Shown here piece after piece: positions 1 through 12,000 of a DNA stretch of 64,000 nucleotides. The stretch is from Chiloscyllium plagiosum. Lineage: Eukaryota. Below the pieces are notes generated by a model. That model made no database searches. It was not told the DNA's origin and saw only the letters and a list, made by a program, of their open reading frames with translations. Within the stretch, counting starts at the first letter, position 1. The number at the start of each line of letters is the position of its first letter. The stretch is from the NCBI RefSeq assembly GCF_004010195.1, contig NC_057717.1, forward strand, positions 107,166,585 through 107,230,584, in the 5' to 3' direction. Both the position numbers and the translations under genes were made by a program.

Positions 1-490
1 GGTGGTGTTCCCCTCAGGGTTCTGGGGGGCAGGGGTGGTGACAGTGGGATCTGCGGGGGCGTGTCAGCAGAATGCAGGTGAGTGGCGTTGATGGGGGTGG
101 AAGTGGTGGTAAGCACGACATTGGAGGGGGCGGAAGTCACTGAGCATGTGACATCAGTGATGATGTGAGGGACGGAAGTGATGTTACGTGTGGTGCATGA
201 GGAATTGTGAGGGGCGGAAGTGGCTGTGGAAGCGGCTGTGGAAGCGGCTGTGATGACATCATCAATCAGCGTGGGGATGGTGGCTGCACCAGCTGCATGG
301 CTAATGGCATCTGAGCAGTTCCAGAAGCCGGAGGAATCTACTGGAATGTTTGAGGAGTGCTGGTTATGGAGGTGGGTAGATAAAAGTTTGTTGTACTTAC
401 AATTTTTGATGTTTGAGACGGTGTTGAAATACTGTTTGTTGAGAATATGAATTCTCCTGAGAATATAGTAAAGGAGGGGTCCTTGTTGCC
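1..490 (-). mobile_element. Penelope-like retroelement ORF, N-terminal/low-complexity part, running off the window start
   Basis: Stop-free minus-strand frame from ~510 to 1 reads QGPLLYYILRRIHILNKQYFNTVSNIKNCKYNKLL..., then a Thr/Ser/Pro-rich linker. It resembles the region upstream of RT in fish PLE ORFs; the RT itself is not in the window. Confidence 0.55.
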
Positions 491-1169
491 ACTCACAAAA
501 TCCAAGTGGACATCAGTAACTGAAACTATTTTACGTTTTAGATTGGTTATCAATTTCTTGAGATTCTCCACTTTGTCTTAGCAAGCAAACACTTTCTAGA
601 TGTAATGAACTGTACAGACAAGAAAGCCCTGTGCTGAGTGAGTTAATCTCAGGTTTAAAGGACATGGTGACAGTAACAACATTCCCATCACAGTGGTTTG
701 CACAATATGCTCTCTCACTCTCCACAGGATTCCAAAGTTTGCACTATCACTACTCTCATTAAAATGTTCTTCAAATAATGAGACCCTTAAAAATATCTCA
801 ATACATCGGCAATCAAGGAACTGAGCAATCTTTCATTAAGGCTGTTGCCAGTCAGTCTTTAGACAGTCACCATCAGATATTACAACAAACCATCCCTGAG
901 TCTGTGCTGGTGGAAACTCAGGGGCCTTGGCAGGTGCCTATGACCCCCTGGCCTGTGTGACCTTTCTGGAGGTGACAACAGGCTGCCTCTGTGTTTGCCA
1001 TCTAATTGGAATAGTGCAGACAGGTGACCCAGGTGTCCATCCCTAAATCAGGAGTTAACCCCATTGCTGTTGGTCTGGAATCACAGCTGGGTCAGACCAA
1101 GTAAGGTTGGCAGAACGTGCCAAAATTGTGGGAGTAGTCTCACAGACTAGTCAAGAACAGTAGCCATAA

Positions 1170-1885
1170 TCATGGAATCAAACCATCGCCATAAGAGACA
1201 ATCTAACCTTCGCCCCTTGACATTTAATAGAGATACCACCACTGAGTTCCCCAATATCAAATTCCTGGGGTTCCCATCAACTAGAACTGAACAGGACTCA
1301 CCATATAAATACAGTGACTACAAGAGCAGGTCAGAGGCTAGGATTACCATTGCAAGTAACTCACCTCCTGACTCCCCAAAGTCTATCCATTGTTTACAAG
1401 GACTGTGATGGAATACTCCCCACTTGTCTGGATGGGTGCAACTTCAACTACACTCAAGAAGCTTGTCAGCATTTAGGACAAGGCAGCTGGCTTAATTGGC
1501 ATCACATCCACAAACATCCATTCCCTGACTCTCAGTAGTTGCAGTGTGTCTAATATACAAGATGCACTGCAGAAATTCACCAACAAATCTTAGACAGCAC
1601 TCCTAAACCCACTACCATCCAGGGCAAGGGCAGCAGATACATGGGAACACCACCATATTCTTCTCCAAGCTACACACCACCCTGACTTGGAAATATATCA
1701 CTGTTCCTTCAGTGTTGCTGAGTCAAAATCCTGGAATTCCTCCCTAATGGTATTGTGGGTCTATCTATCGCACATTTACCACAATAGTTCAAGAAAGCAG
1801 CTCAGCACCACTTTCTCAAGGACAATAAGTGGAAATGGGAAATAAATGTTGGATCAGTCAGTGATGCCGTATCCATGACTGAATA
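1170..1885 (+). mobile_element. 3' end of decayed CR1-group LINE (family B)
   Basis: Homologous to 20310-20925, 24780-25225 and 15650-15945 (…ggaatactccccacttg…, …ctgacttggaaatatatc…, aataaatg…ccatgactgaat tail). Confidence 0.7.
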
Positions 1886-2139
1886 AAAGAAAGCCCCTGA
1901 TAAGCACAAGGGAAGAAATGCTGAAAAGAGGTACTGGATTCAGGGTGCAGAGGAGCATTCAATCAATCACTTGTACGCAGATGATGCTACTCACTGGAGT
2001 GGTCTACAGTCTGTAAAATGTCACTGAAGACAGTGCTTCTCCGGTGAAGGGGTTAGTAAACTAAGTGGCGCAATGGAGAGGAAGCTAGCCTCAATGAGAA
2101 ATGGTGGGAGGTTAGAGTCTGTCTGTATCCCAACCTCAC

Positions 2140-2645
2140 AATATAATGCATTGTCTGAGTTGAAATGTCACCTTTTGTTATAAAACCTTAAGTTATCTCA
2201 AGAATGTGACTTAAAAGAAGTTCTGGGATTTACATATTAATGAACTCGAAACCTGCAACCCATTCTAAAAGATGAAAGAGGAGAAAGTGAGGTCTGCAGA
2301 TGCTGGACATCAGAGCTGAAAATGTGTTGGTGGAAAAGCGCAGCAGGTCAGGCAGCATCCAGGGAACAGGAGAATCGACGTTTTGGGCATAAGCCCTTCT
2401 TCAGGATGAAAAGATGAAAGACTTGACAGCAATCCAGGTTTGTTCAATGTATCATTCCAGTTGGATGATACTAATCTTTTGCTATAAATTCTGTGTCTTA
2501 TGATCTTATGCTCCACAACCACCTGATGAAGGAGCAGTGCTCCGAAAGCAAGTGCTTCCAAATAAACCTGTTGGACTATAATCTGGTGTTGTGTGATTTT
2601 TGACTTTGTACACTCCAGTCCAACACCAGCTTCTCCACATCATGT
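2140..2645 (+). mobile_element. PLE-derived terminal-repeat element with degenerate hammerhead motif (family 2)
   Basis: cac-CTGATGA-a-GGAGC agt GCTCC-GAAA-gcaa-gtg at 2520-2554. Interrupted by a family-1 element at 2280-2408. Confidence 0.6.
2280..2408 (-). mobile_element. ~130-bp hammerhead-bearing PLE-derived element (family 1), core mutated
   Basis: Matches the other family-1 copies. 13-bp TSD aaaagatgaaaga at 2267-2279 and 2409-2421. GAAA is mutated to AAAA. Confidence 0.8.
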
Positions 2646-2736
2646 TGAAAAGAATCAGCCAATATGTACAGTTTTGCACCGATCTGGACAGTCAGTTAGT
2701 GAGTGCTGTGAGCTTCAATTCCACTGTTGGACTTCA

Positions 2737-2878
2737 CCAGGTGAAACATGGCCATTAAGGCTACAAAAGATCAGGCAATTGCATTCATGAACAAGAAGGG
2801 CTACCACACGCTGAATGTACAATTGGCCTGTGATCACCACAAGTGGATCATTCAGATCTGTGCAAGCTTTCTAGGAAT
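2737..2878 (+). mobile_element. PIF/Harbinger transposase remnant
   Basis: 2787-2878 translates MNKKGYHTLNVQLACDHHKWIIQICASFLG, matching the NRKGxHSxNVQxxCD motif of Harbinger DDE transposases. Confidence 0.7.
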
Positions 2879-2880
2879 GT

Positions 2881-3260
2881 TTGAGTTATAAGGTAGCCAG
2901 GAAGGATCTGAAGAGAGAGCTAAGAGCAGCAAGGAGGGGACATGAAAAGTCCTTAATTGGTAGGATTAGTGAAAACCCTAAGGCTTTCTATAGGTATGTC
3001 AGGAATAAAAGAATGACGAGGGTAGGAATAGGTCCAGTCAAGGATAGTAGTGGGAAGTTGCGTGTGGAGGCTGAAGAGATTGGGGAGACATTGAATGAAT
3101 ACTTTTTGTCAGTATTCACTCAGGAACAGGACATTGTTGCCGATGTGAATATTGAGTCACAATTAATTAGAATGGACAGCTTTGAGGTATGTAGGGAAGA
3201 GATGTTGGAAATTCTGGAAAAGGTGAAAATAGATAAGTCCCCTGGGCCTGATGGCATTTA
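2881..3260 (+). mobile_element. CR1 LINE ORF2 fragment (pre-RT linker)
   Basis: ORF with ENPKAFYRYV, LNEYFLSVFT and KSPGPDGI, typical of CR1 ORF2. Ends abruptly at an antisense CR1 3'-tail fragment (3261-3400). Confidence 0.85.
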
Positions 3261-3554
3261 AGACCATAAGACATAGGAGCGGAAGTAAAGCCATTCGGCC
3301 CATCGAGTCCACTCCGCCATTCAATCATGGCTGATGGGCATTTCAACTCCACTTATCTGCATTCTCCCCGTAGCCCTTAATTCCTTGTGACATCAAGAAT
3401 TAAGTCTTGTAACCTTGTCAAAGGTTTCCCACTAACAAAACCAAGCTTGGACTCTGCCTGATTGTATTGTAATCTTCTAAATGCCTTGTGACCACCTTCT
3501 TTCCCATCCCTCATTCTCAAGCTTCACCCTGGAATGCTCACTGTAGCTACTCTT

Positions 3555-4478
3555 ACTATTTTTATAAATGACCTGGAAGAGGGGTTAGAAGGTTGGGTGA
3601 GCAAGTTTGCGGATGATATGAAAGTCGGTGGAGTTGTTGACAGTGAGGAAGGATGTGGCAGGTTATAGCGGGATATAGATAAGCTGCAGAGGTGGGCAGA
3701 AAGGTGGCAAATGGAGTTCAATGTAGGTAAGTGTGAGGTGATTCACTTTGGTAAGAGTAACAAAAAGATGGGGTACTGGGCTAATGGTCGGATACTTGGT
3801 AGTGTGGATGAGCAGAGGGATCTTGGTGTCCATGTACACAGATCTCTGAAAGTTGCCACCCAGGTAAATAGTGCGGTGAAGAAGATTTATGGCGTACTGG
3901 CTTTTATTGGTAGAGGAATTGTGTTCCGGAGCCCTGAGGTCATGTTGCAGTTGTATAAGACTCTGGTGCAGCTGCATCTGGAGTATTGCGTGCAGTTTTG
4001 GTCGCCATACTATAGGAAGGATGTGGAGGCACTGGAACGGGTGCAGAGGACATTTACCAGGATGTTGCCTGGTATGGTAGGAAGATCGTATGAGGAAAGG
4101 CTGAGGCACTTGGGGCTGTTTTCATTGGAGAAAAGAAGGTTTAGGGGTGACTTGATAGAGGTGTACAAGATGATTAGGGGTTTAGATAGGGTTGACCATG
4201 TATGGAGTCAGCTATTACGAGGGGGCATAGCTTTAAATTAAGGGGTGGTAAGTATAGGACAGATGTTAGGGGTAGATTCTTTACTCAGTGAGTCGTGAGT
4301 TCATGGAATGCCCTGCCAGTAGCAGTAATGGACTCTCCCTCTTTATGGGCATTTAAACGGGCATTGGATAGGCATATGGAGGATAGTGGGCTAGTGTAGG
4401 TTAGGTGGGCTTGGATCGGCGCAACATCGAGGGCCAAAGGGCCTGTACTGCGCTGTATTTTTCTATGTTCTATGTTTC
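3555..4478 (+). mobile_element. CR1 LINE RT C-terminal half and 3' UTR
   Basis: [32 protein letters not shown] and LERVQR motifs; ends in a (ttctatg)n tail. Confidence 0.9.
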
Positions 4479-4818
4479 AAGACACCTACATTTTAAGACA
4501 GTTCCTGGAAGGCATTGTCTGGAACAATGCCCGTAAGGTGTATTCCCGTGAGTATGACTATGTCAGGCTTTTGCTTTACTAGTTGGTGAGGCAGTTTTCC
4601 CAATTTTGCCACTAGCCCCCAGATGTTAGTGGGAAGATATTTGCAGGGTTTAAGGCATCCAGCAAAAAAGTCAAAAGAGGGAACATTTATTACTGTGATC
4701 TGGATTAAGATGCATAAAGAATAATGGAAACAGCTTCACTAGTAATCTTCAAAAATCCAATTCTTGCAAAGGAAAAGTTTGCAGGTATACAGAGAAATAG
4801 CAGAAACAGTGAAACCAC

Positions 4819-4989
4819 CTTGCATGGTTCTTTCAAAACCTGTGTAGGCACAGGTTTCTCTTTCTGCACGTAACTACTCTGAGGTTCAGTGAAAAGGGTG
4901 ACCATCTCTGGCTCTCTGTCCATCTCTGAAGAGTTGCGTGATTTTATTCTTAAAACGATCTCCTTCTCTATAGCAGCATTTTGATAAAT
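4819..4989 (-). CDS. Candidate internal exon (57 aa, phase 0-0), gene unidentified
   Basis: Pyrimidine tract/ctaat then AG|ATTTATCAA…TGCAAG|GTGGTT. 171 nt open: IYQNAAIEKEIVLRIKSRNSSEMDREPEMVTLFTEPQSSYVQKEKPVPTQVLKEPCK. No homologue recognised. Confidence 0.25.
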
Positions 4990-5752
4990 CTTGTTTTAAT
5001 TAGTCAAAGAAGGAAAGAGTGAGAACTTCGTTAGACAGAAAATCAGTGCAGTGTTACCTCCCACTGCTGCATTTTATAGGGAATGAGATATATCACACTG
5101 TGTGGAATTCACACTCTGTGGAGAGGCTCAATTAGACACAGCCATTGTTGCTTCTAGTTCTTCAATATACCTTTGCTTTCCTTTTCTCTCATGTGATGAG
5201 AGAATAAACAGTGAGATAATGGAGTATTGCACACTACCACCTGGCACTGAAACAAATCCATCTTGATCTGTACACCTCATTAGCTTTTATATTGATAATA
5301 ACCACTACCTTCCTTGTTCAATAGTCAGATAAATTACAGTTCAATCTCTGCATAGTCTGTCAATGTACACAACATCTTCATCTGCTGTCACTAGACAGGG
5401 TCGAAATATTTCATAACTTGTATTTACAGGAGTTTTTCCATCTTTTACTGTTTTTTTTTGGTCTGATTTCCTGTTGACATTGTTTCAATTTTGCCAGATG
5501 ATCTGGTTTCCTGGGTCTCACAAATACATCTGCAATTAAGCTACAGTCATGATCTGCACATTTAGCCATAATAATTATGACGCCTCATTTATGTTGTGCA
5601 CGTCATGTCTCCAAATACCTAACACAATGAATTGTTGTTGAAGTGTGCTGATCATTATGTACAGCCTGGCAGTGATGCAAATCCAGCATTGCTGATCCAT
5701 GTAGGCAGAGAACTCAATGCATCAATTGACAAAGTACAATGAGAAGAGGTAC

Positions 5753-5910
5753 CAACACTGAACATTAACCTATTAACAACACTAAATATTAACTCTTTAC
5801 CAACATTAAATATTAACTCTTCCCTAACATTGCACATTAATTCTTTGCCAACACCAAACATTCAGCCTTCCACAACACTGAGCATTAATCCTTCAGCAAT
5901 ATTGAACACG
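5753..5910. repeat. Degenerate 24-bp minisatellite (~6 units), same family as 10278-10700
   Basis: Recurrent cattaa(c/t)…caacactga with 24-bp period. Confidence 0.7.
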
Positions 5911-6329
5911 ATCATGACCATGAATCATAATCTCAGCCCAGATCACCTATGGCTAGACCAAACTTTAATTCCAATGATCCTTTTAAAAGAGGGTTGATAC
6001 AGCCAAAGTGACTGCAGGTGTAAACTGAGTGGCTATCTAGAGACTCTGGAGTGTCACACCTTAAGATGTGTCAAAGAGGCTTCAAAGAGAGAAATGCACT
6101 AGAAACTGAACTTGTCATTCTGTTTCTAACTCCGACGGTGAACATGATGGTAAAGAAGACAGCAGTCTGGGCAAAGAACACACTTGTAATGTTCCACTTT
6201 CAAGAATACTAGTGTGTTTGGAAGGCCACAGCTTTGGGAACATCAATACACATCCATATAACTCATGCCAAGACAGAGAAAAGGTAGAGGTAGTGGGACA
6301 GTGGCAATATCGGTGTAAAAGGAACTAAA

Positions 6330-6900
6330 ATCCCAGGATAATGTCCTAGAGGCGTGTGTTCAGATCATACCATGATACGTAGTGAAATCTAAATTTAGTG
6401 CTCATGTGTACAGGAATGGGTGGTTTGAATGGATGAACGTGTGGCTGAAGAGTTGGTGCAGGTGGAAGGGCTTTAGATTCCTGGATCACAAGTCCATTTC
6501 TGGACCTGTGCTAATCCATTGGGTTACATCTCAACCAGAATCCGAAGGGATGGCAGGGGTGTTGGTGCTGTTGGTGTGGGTTTAAACTAATTTGGCAGTA
6601 GGATTGAATATGGAGTGGAGGCATTTTATGGGATGATGTACAGACAGGTGTAGAAGAAAAGCAAAATCTGTCCAGAAGGCAGAGCATATATAGCCAAGAC
6701 AAAAGGAGTACGGTATTTATTTTAATGTAAGGGATCTTGTGAGAAAGGCAGATGAGTTGAGGGTGTTGAGGGTGTATACAAATGGGCATACGATATCATC
6801 GCTATCATGTAGACATGGTTGAGAGAGAAATGGCGGCAAGGTTGGTGAAAAGATGGTGTGGCAATATTGATCAAGCTGTCAATTACTGCAGTAAGGCAGA
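6330..6900 (+). mobile_element. Decayed CR1 ORF1 (esterase-like) / ORF2 endonuclease junction
   Basis: WMNVWLKSWCRWKGFRFLDH (CR1 ORF1 C-terminal motif), followed by an IYFNVR…KADEL-like APE start. Confidence 0.65.
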
Positions 6901-7450
6901 TCTGACAGACTGACCATGGTCCATCCCCTTGAGCAATCTAACCGGACAGTCCCAGGACCAGAAATATCCAGACCCCTGACTGTTGGATGTACACTTGGCC
7001 AACTATGTTAAACCTATTACCCCTGGAATAGCTGCTATGGAGCCACAGGAATGATCATTACCCACTCCCTGGACTGCACAGGCACAGACCCCCTGATTGA
7101 AACAATTCCGACTGGATAACAGACTGTGGATAATCCCCTGGACTGGTAACGTAGACATCCCTTAACTTAATGTGTTGAGACCCCCTGACTGACTGGTGCC
7201 TGCATGGAATTTGATGGGGACTACTCCATTAAGACTTTAAGACATGGCTGCCTGTTTGCTGCACATGCACATGGAGTGGCTGTGAAAATTATGTAATTCA
7301 CTGCTGTACTGCAAGATGTCCACCCCCTTCACTGAGGATCGCAGACCACCAAGGCATGTTGCCTGACTGTGTAAATGCCCGAATTTGCAAAACAAGGCAG
7401 TGCAAGGCATGGATGCTGAAAGCAAGCAGATAGATATGATGTGAGAGAAC

Positions 7451-8010
7451 TTTTTTTAATTTCAAAAATATATTTGATTCATAAAAATATCTCTAGAAAC
7501 ATACATAGTTGCTACAGCAGTTCATTTCTGTGCAGTCTGTGCATATTGGGAACAAACAAACATTGGATTTTGACTCTCCTGACAGTTCCAACAATCCAAA
7601 AATATTTTTGACTTATGCAACATATTATTTATATATATTTGAGGCAATAGCTGAATTGACCCCATTGTACTTTGGCAGAAATACCTCAGACAGTGGTCTT
7701 TCCCCACTGCACCTTGGCAGCAGCTACCCAAGCGTTAGTGCATCCCACACATGTAGTCCTGGACCTTGGAATGTGCCAGTCTGCAACACTCGATCAGGGT
7801 CAACTCCTTGTTCTGGACAACCAACAAGTTTTGGGCAAATTAAAGAGCATCTTTCACTGAGTTGATGGTCCTCCAGATGCAGTCAATGTTTGTCCTATTC
7901 CAGGGAACAGCCTGTAGAGCACAGGGACCTGCATCATGGAGCTGCTCAGGATGAACCTTGACGAGAACCACTGCATTTCTCCCCAGACCCCCTTTACAAA
8001 GGTACATTCC
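7451..8010 (-). mobile_element. Tx1/L1-clade LINE 3' end
   Basis: Minus-strand NIDCIWRTINSVKDAL C-terminal motif; poly-A tail seen as tttttttt at 7450-7457. Confidence 0.6.
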
Positions 8011-8356
8011 AGAAGGAGATGTGTGATAGTCTGCAGTCACTCACAGAGGCCGTAGCTTGTTTGGCTGGGATCTGAATTGGCGGTAGACCGAAACCAGCAT
8101 AAAGATCCACAAACAGGAGCTCAGCTCAACTGACAATCCTCCAGGGTCACAATCTAACAATGATCTCAAGATCTTCTAACGATGATGAAGGTTCTCAGCT
8201 CAGACTCATTCTGGGAGAATTTTCATAATGAAATGAGTGAAATCCTTAATGAGTACTTTACATCAGTATTCACCTAAGAGAGAGACATGAGGTTAGGGAA
8301 TTGGGCAGATCAACATAATGAAGAAGGGAGTGTTGAGTGTCTTGAAATGCACTAAT

Positions 8357-8983
8357 GGAGGAGGCCAGGCCACTCAAAACATTGTTAAGCAGGCAGCCCA
8401 GACCATAACTTTGCAATTTGTTTCAGTAAGTGTACAGTGAAAATTACCCGGAGTAAGTTAGCTAGGTTGACTACTAAGTTTTAAAACAGACAAAAATTTA
8501 TTCACAGAATTACACAATGAAACACAAAACACAGAATAAAGAACCCCAACAGAACTCAGTCTATCCAAACTAGACTTAAGCATGGGATTCTGAATATACA
8601 CAACAATCCCATTAAGCAAACTCCCTTTAAAAGCCAGTATAAATGGAACACATGCTTACAGGCTGAAGTTGAAGGGCAGAAAGAGAGAGAAAGTTTCCAC
8701 ATAGTTCACTGTTGAAAGCCTCACCAGTTCAAGACTGAACCAAACTGCTCAACTAGAGAGCTGACCACTCCCCTTTCATTATACCGGTCACTTCTAAAAC
8801 ATGACCACTTTGGCCTGAAGTCTCATCTGTTTACATATAAACAATACACCTCTCAAACCCTTTTCATCTCTGTACAAAATCAGACTGATCAGAGCCCGGC
8901 CTGTTTTATTACCCCTCTGAAATAAAATCAAGGGCAGAGTATCCTTGAGCTTTTATGAAAGAAATGGGACTAGCTTTGTGACA
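8357..8983 (-). mobile_element. Putative solo LTR inserted into a CR1 fragment
   Basis: ~625-bp block that reads TGTCACA…CA on the minus strand and contains AATAAA. It splits a CR1 fragment (8230-8356 resumes at 8984 with KFPGPD). TSD not clear. Confidence 0.4.
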
Positions 8984-10277
8984 TTGGACAAGTTCCCAGG
9001 GCCAGATAGGGTCTACCCCAGGATACAGAAGGCGGAAATAACTTGGGCCTGAACAGATATTTTTGCATTCTCTTTGGTCTCAGGTGAGGTTCCAGAGGAT
9101 GGCAGAATGGCCAATATTATTCCTTTGTTTAAGAAGGGAAACAGAGATAATCCAGATAATCCAGATAATTACAGGGCACAGAGGTGAGTGAAGTGAGCAG
9201 CGCTGGTCCCATCTGTTATCTGTGTGCTCAACCACCTGCACTAAGTGTCACTTCTGCAGCCTTTGATTGTAACTGTCAGTGCACCCTGTAACACAAGACT
9301 GTGCTGCCAGTACATTGGAGATGTGCTATGATGGTTGTGAGGAGTGCATGTTGCTGCTGCCCCTTGATTATGCCCTGATCTGTATTTGAACACAATTCAA
9401 GAGGGTGGTGCAGTGCCAACAATGAGCTGAATTTATGACATTTCTGCTCTGGTTTCCATGTTGAATTTCTTGACGTCTAGCTTGTTTGATAAAATAGGAA
9501 ACTGAGTGTTAATGAAGTGAGTTGGGCCCACAGCAGGCAGTTAACAAACAATAAACCCCCTTATTTGACAACTTGTTTCTGCCGAGTGAGAAACTTGCCC
9601 CACCACTTGTGAAAAGTACAGTTGGAGTGAGATGCTCCTGATAACAAGATGGACCTTGCTAGAATTCCTGTCAAATTTTGCCAAAAACTTCACCATGACC
9701 AATGTCACTCAGACTTCTATGAGATTTTGCTTTCTTCGACTTAATATGTCTAAAGGACTCTCTCACTGCAAATACTGCCAGCCAACAACAATCATAATGA
9801 AGCAGGACAAAGGAATTTGTAGTGAACTACCAAGCCAAGAAATTCAAACTTGACTGTTCTCTACCAATGTCAATGCTACCAGAGCCAGTAACATCAATGA
9901 TTGCAGTGTTTTACTATCTACTCTTCATGAGTGACTTTTCCCTTTTTTAACATTAATTTTCTTTTGGACTCACTTCTTATTCCTAATCTATGTATGTACA
10001 TTTTGTTATTATTATTTCTTCTTAAAATTAATTATTAATAAATGCACCCTACTGTTAACTCAAGAAAGCCTGATTAAACTGGCTCCTTTTAAAACATAAA
10101 TTCATTTGGTCTGTGAGAAAGTGAGGGAGGGTACCCTTTGTAAATTAACCTGTTGCAACAAACTGAAGGCAGGTGAAGAAAGGGGAGCCAGTTCATCCTT
10201 CCTCACATAGGAGTTTGACAATTTGGAATATCCCATCTGGAACTGCAATAATTTGAGAACTTCACCCATGGTCATCA

Positions 10278-10700
10278 ACACATCATTAACCCTTCACCAG
10301 CACTGACCATTAATTCTTCACCAGCACTGATCATTAACTCTTCACCAGCACTGACCATTAACCCTTCATGAGTACTGGCCATTAACCCTTCACCAGCACT
10401 GATCATTAACTCTTCACCAGCACTGATCATTAACCCTTCACCAGCACTGATCATTAACCCTTCACCAGCACTGACCATTAACCCTTCATGAGTACTGGCC
10501 ATTAACTCTTCACCAGCACTGATCATTAACTCTTCACCAGCACTGACCATTAACTCTTCACCAGCACTGGCCATTAACTCTTCACCAGCACTGATCATTG
10601 AAACTTCACTAGCATTGACCATTAACTTCACCAACACTGAGCATTAACCCTTCAACTGACAACGAACATTTCACTAGCACTGCATATTCACCCATTACTA
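10278..10700. repeat. 24-bp minisatellite (cattaacccttcaccagcactgac, ~17 units)
   Basis: Direct tandem units; explains the minus-strand (SAGEELMI)n ORF. Confidence 0.95.
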
Positions 10701-11744
10701 ACACTTACCACTCATGAGTGAAGGGGGTGCAGAATTGTGAACAGGTATCCAGTATTGGGGGAAGGAGTCCAGTATTGGAATGAGGAAGTGGTGCAGCATG
10801 AGGGAGGGATGACAGTATTGGGGCAGGAGTACACTAGTTTTTTTCACAGGAATGGAGAGACTTGATTGAGATAAACTTGCTAATATTGTTACAAAGTGTG
10901 AGCTATGAAGAGATTCCACAAATCAGGGTCAGACTTGAGCTGGTGATTACTGAAACAACAGCGACTGCAGTTCACACTTTAGCTGGGCCAACTGGACTAT
11001 GAAGGCAGTACAGCTGGATTTTGTATTGTGGGTAAAGCACAGATACAGCACAGAGGCACATGTACAGAAATGGCTTGTGGAAATGATTCAAAAGGCTGAC
11101 CAATGAGGCCAATTTTGAAGGAAACCAGAGGGACTGAGAATGGTGTGGGGGCAGCAGGAAGTGCAGGCACAGCAGCCACATTGAATGGGAGCAGCCAAAA
11201 CCTGAACGTGACACAGTCCAACTGCCTGTACCTAAAGTCTCTTATCATCCATAAATGGTATAGTGTACAGAATCTGTGTTCAGCAGGGTCTGGGTTAAGA
11301 GGATTTCTTTCTTTATTTCTTCGTAATTCCAGATGGACATATGGCGGATGTGTTTCTGTTTACTTTGCAATATTTTTTGGCAGCAAAGTAGACCAACAGT
11401 AACAATTTGTCCTTGGAGATAATGTTCCCACCAAGTTGTGCAACTTCAACGTTCTGCAAGTGATGATGGGCATGTGGATGCGGATTGTCACAGTATTGAC
11501 ACTGCTGCGTATGGAGCTGGGAGCTCCAAGCAGATTACTGGGAATGCTGTTGCAGATCAAATAAAAACTTGACCTTATCCATACACTTTTAAGTGTAATT
11601 TTTTCTCTGCAGATTCGGGACGTGGTTAAACTGGCATTTTGGGGAATTGAAAACTATTATCTTACAACAGGAGATAAAAATTCATGATATTACAAGTGAT
11701 CTATCAATAAAGATGTCCAACTAAGAGAGTTACGGATAAATGAA

Positions 11745-12000
11745 CAATTTTAAGATTGGCAAACTAATCAGTGGATTGCCACTTGGCTCAGTGTTGGGGC
11801 CTTAACTATTTGCAATCCATAGTAATGCCTTTGAAGAATGTACTGACTGTTTTGCAACCAATTTTTCTCATAATCCAAAGATAGGTAGGAAATTGCAAAG
11901 GAATACATGCAGTTTATGTTAGTGGGCAAAAAATTGGCAGATGCGATAATTTGTGGGAAAATTTGAAGTGGTCAATTTTGGCAGGAAGAACAGAACTGTA
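11745..12000 (+). mobile_element. Old CR1 RT remnant
   Basis: Decayed SGxPxGSVLGP and WQMxF…CEVVxFG motifs. Confidence 0.55.

Noticed and set aside
5310..5530. Minus-strand exon between AG (~5531) and GT (~5308)
   Set aside because: All three frames contain stops.
10275..10637. 120-aa repetitive ORF
   Set aside because: Translation of the 24-bp minisatellite.
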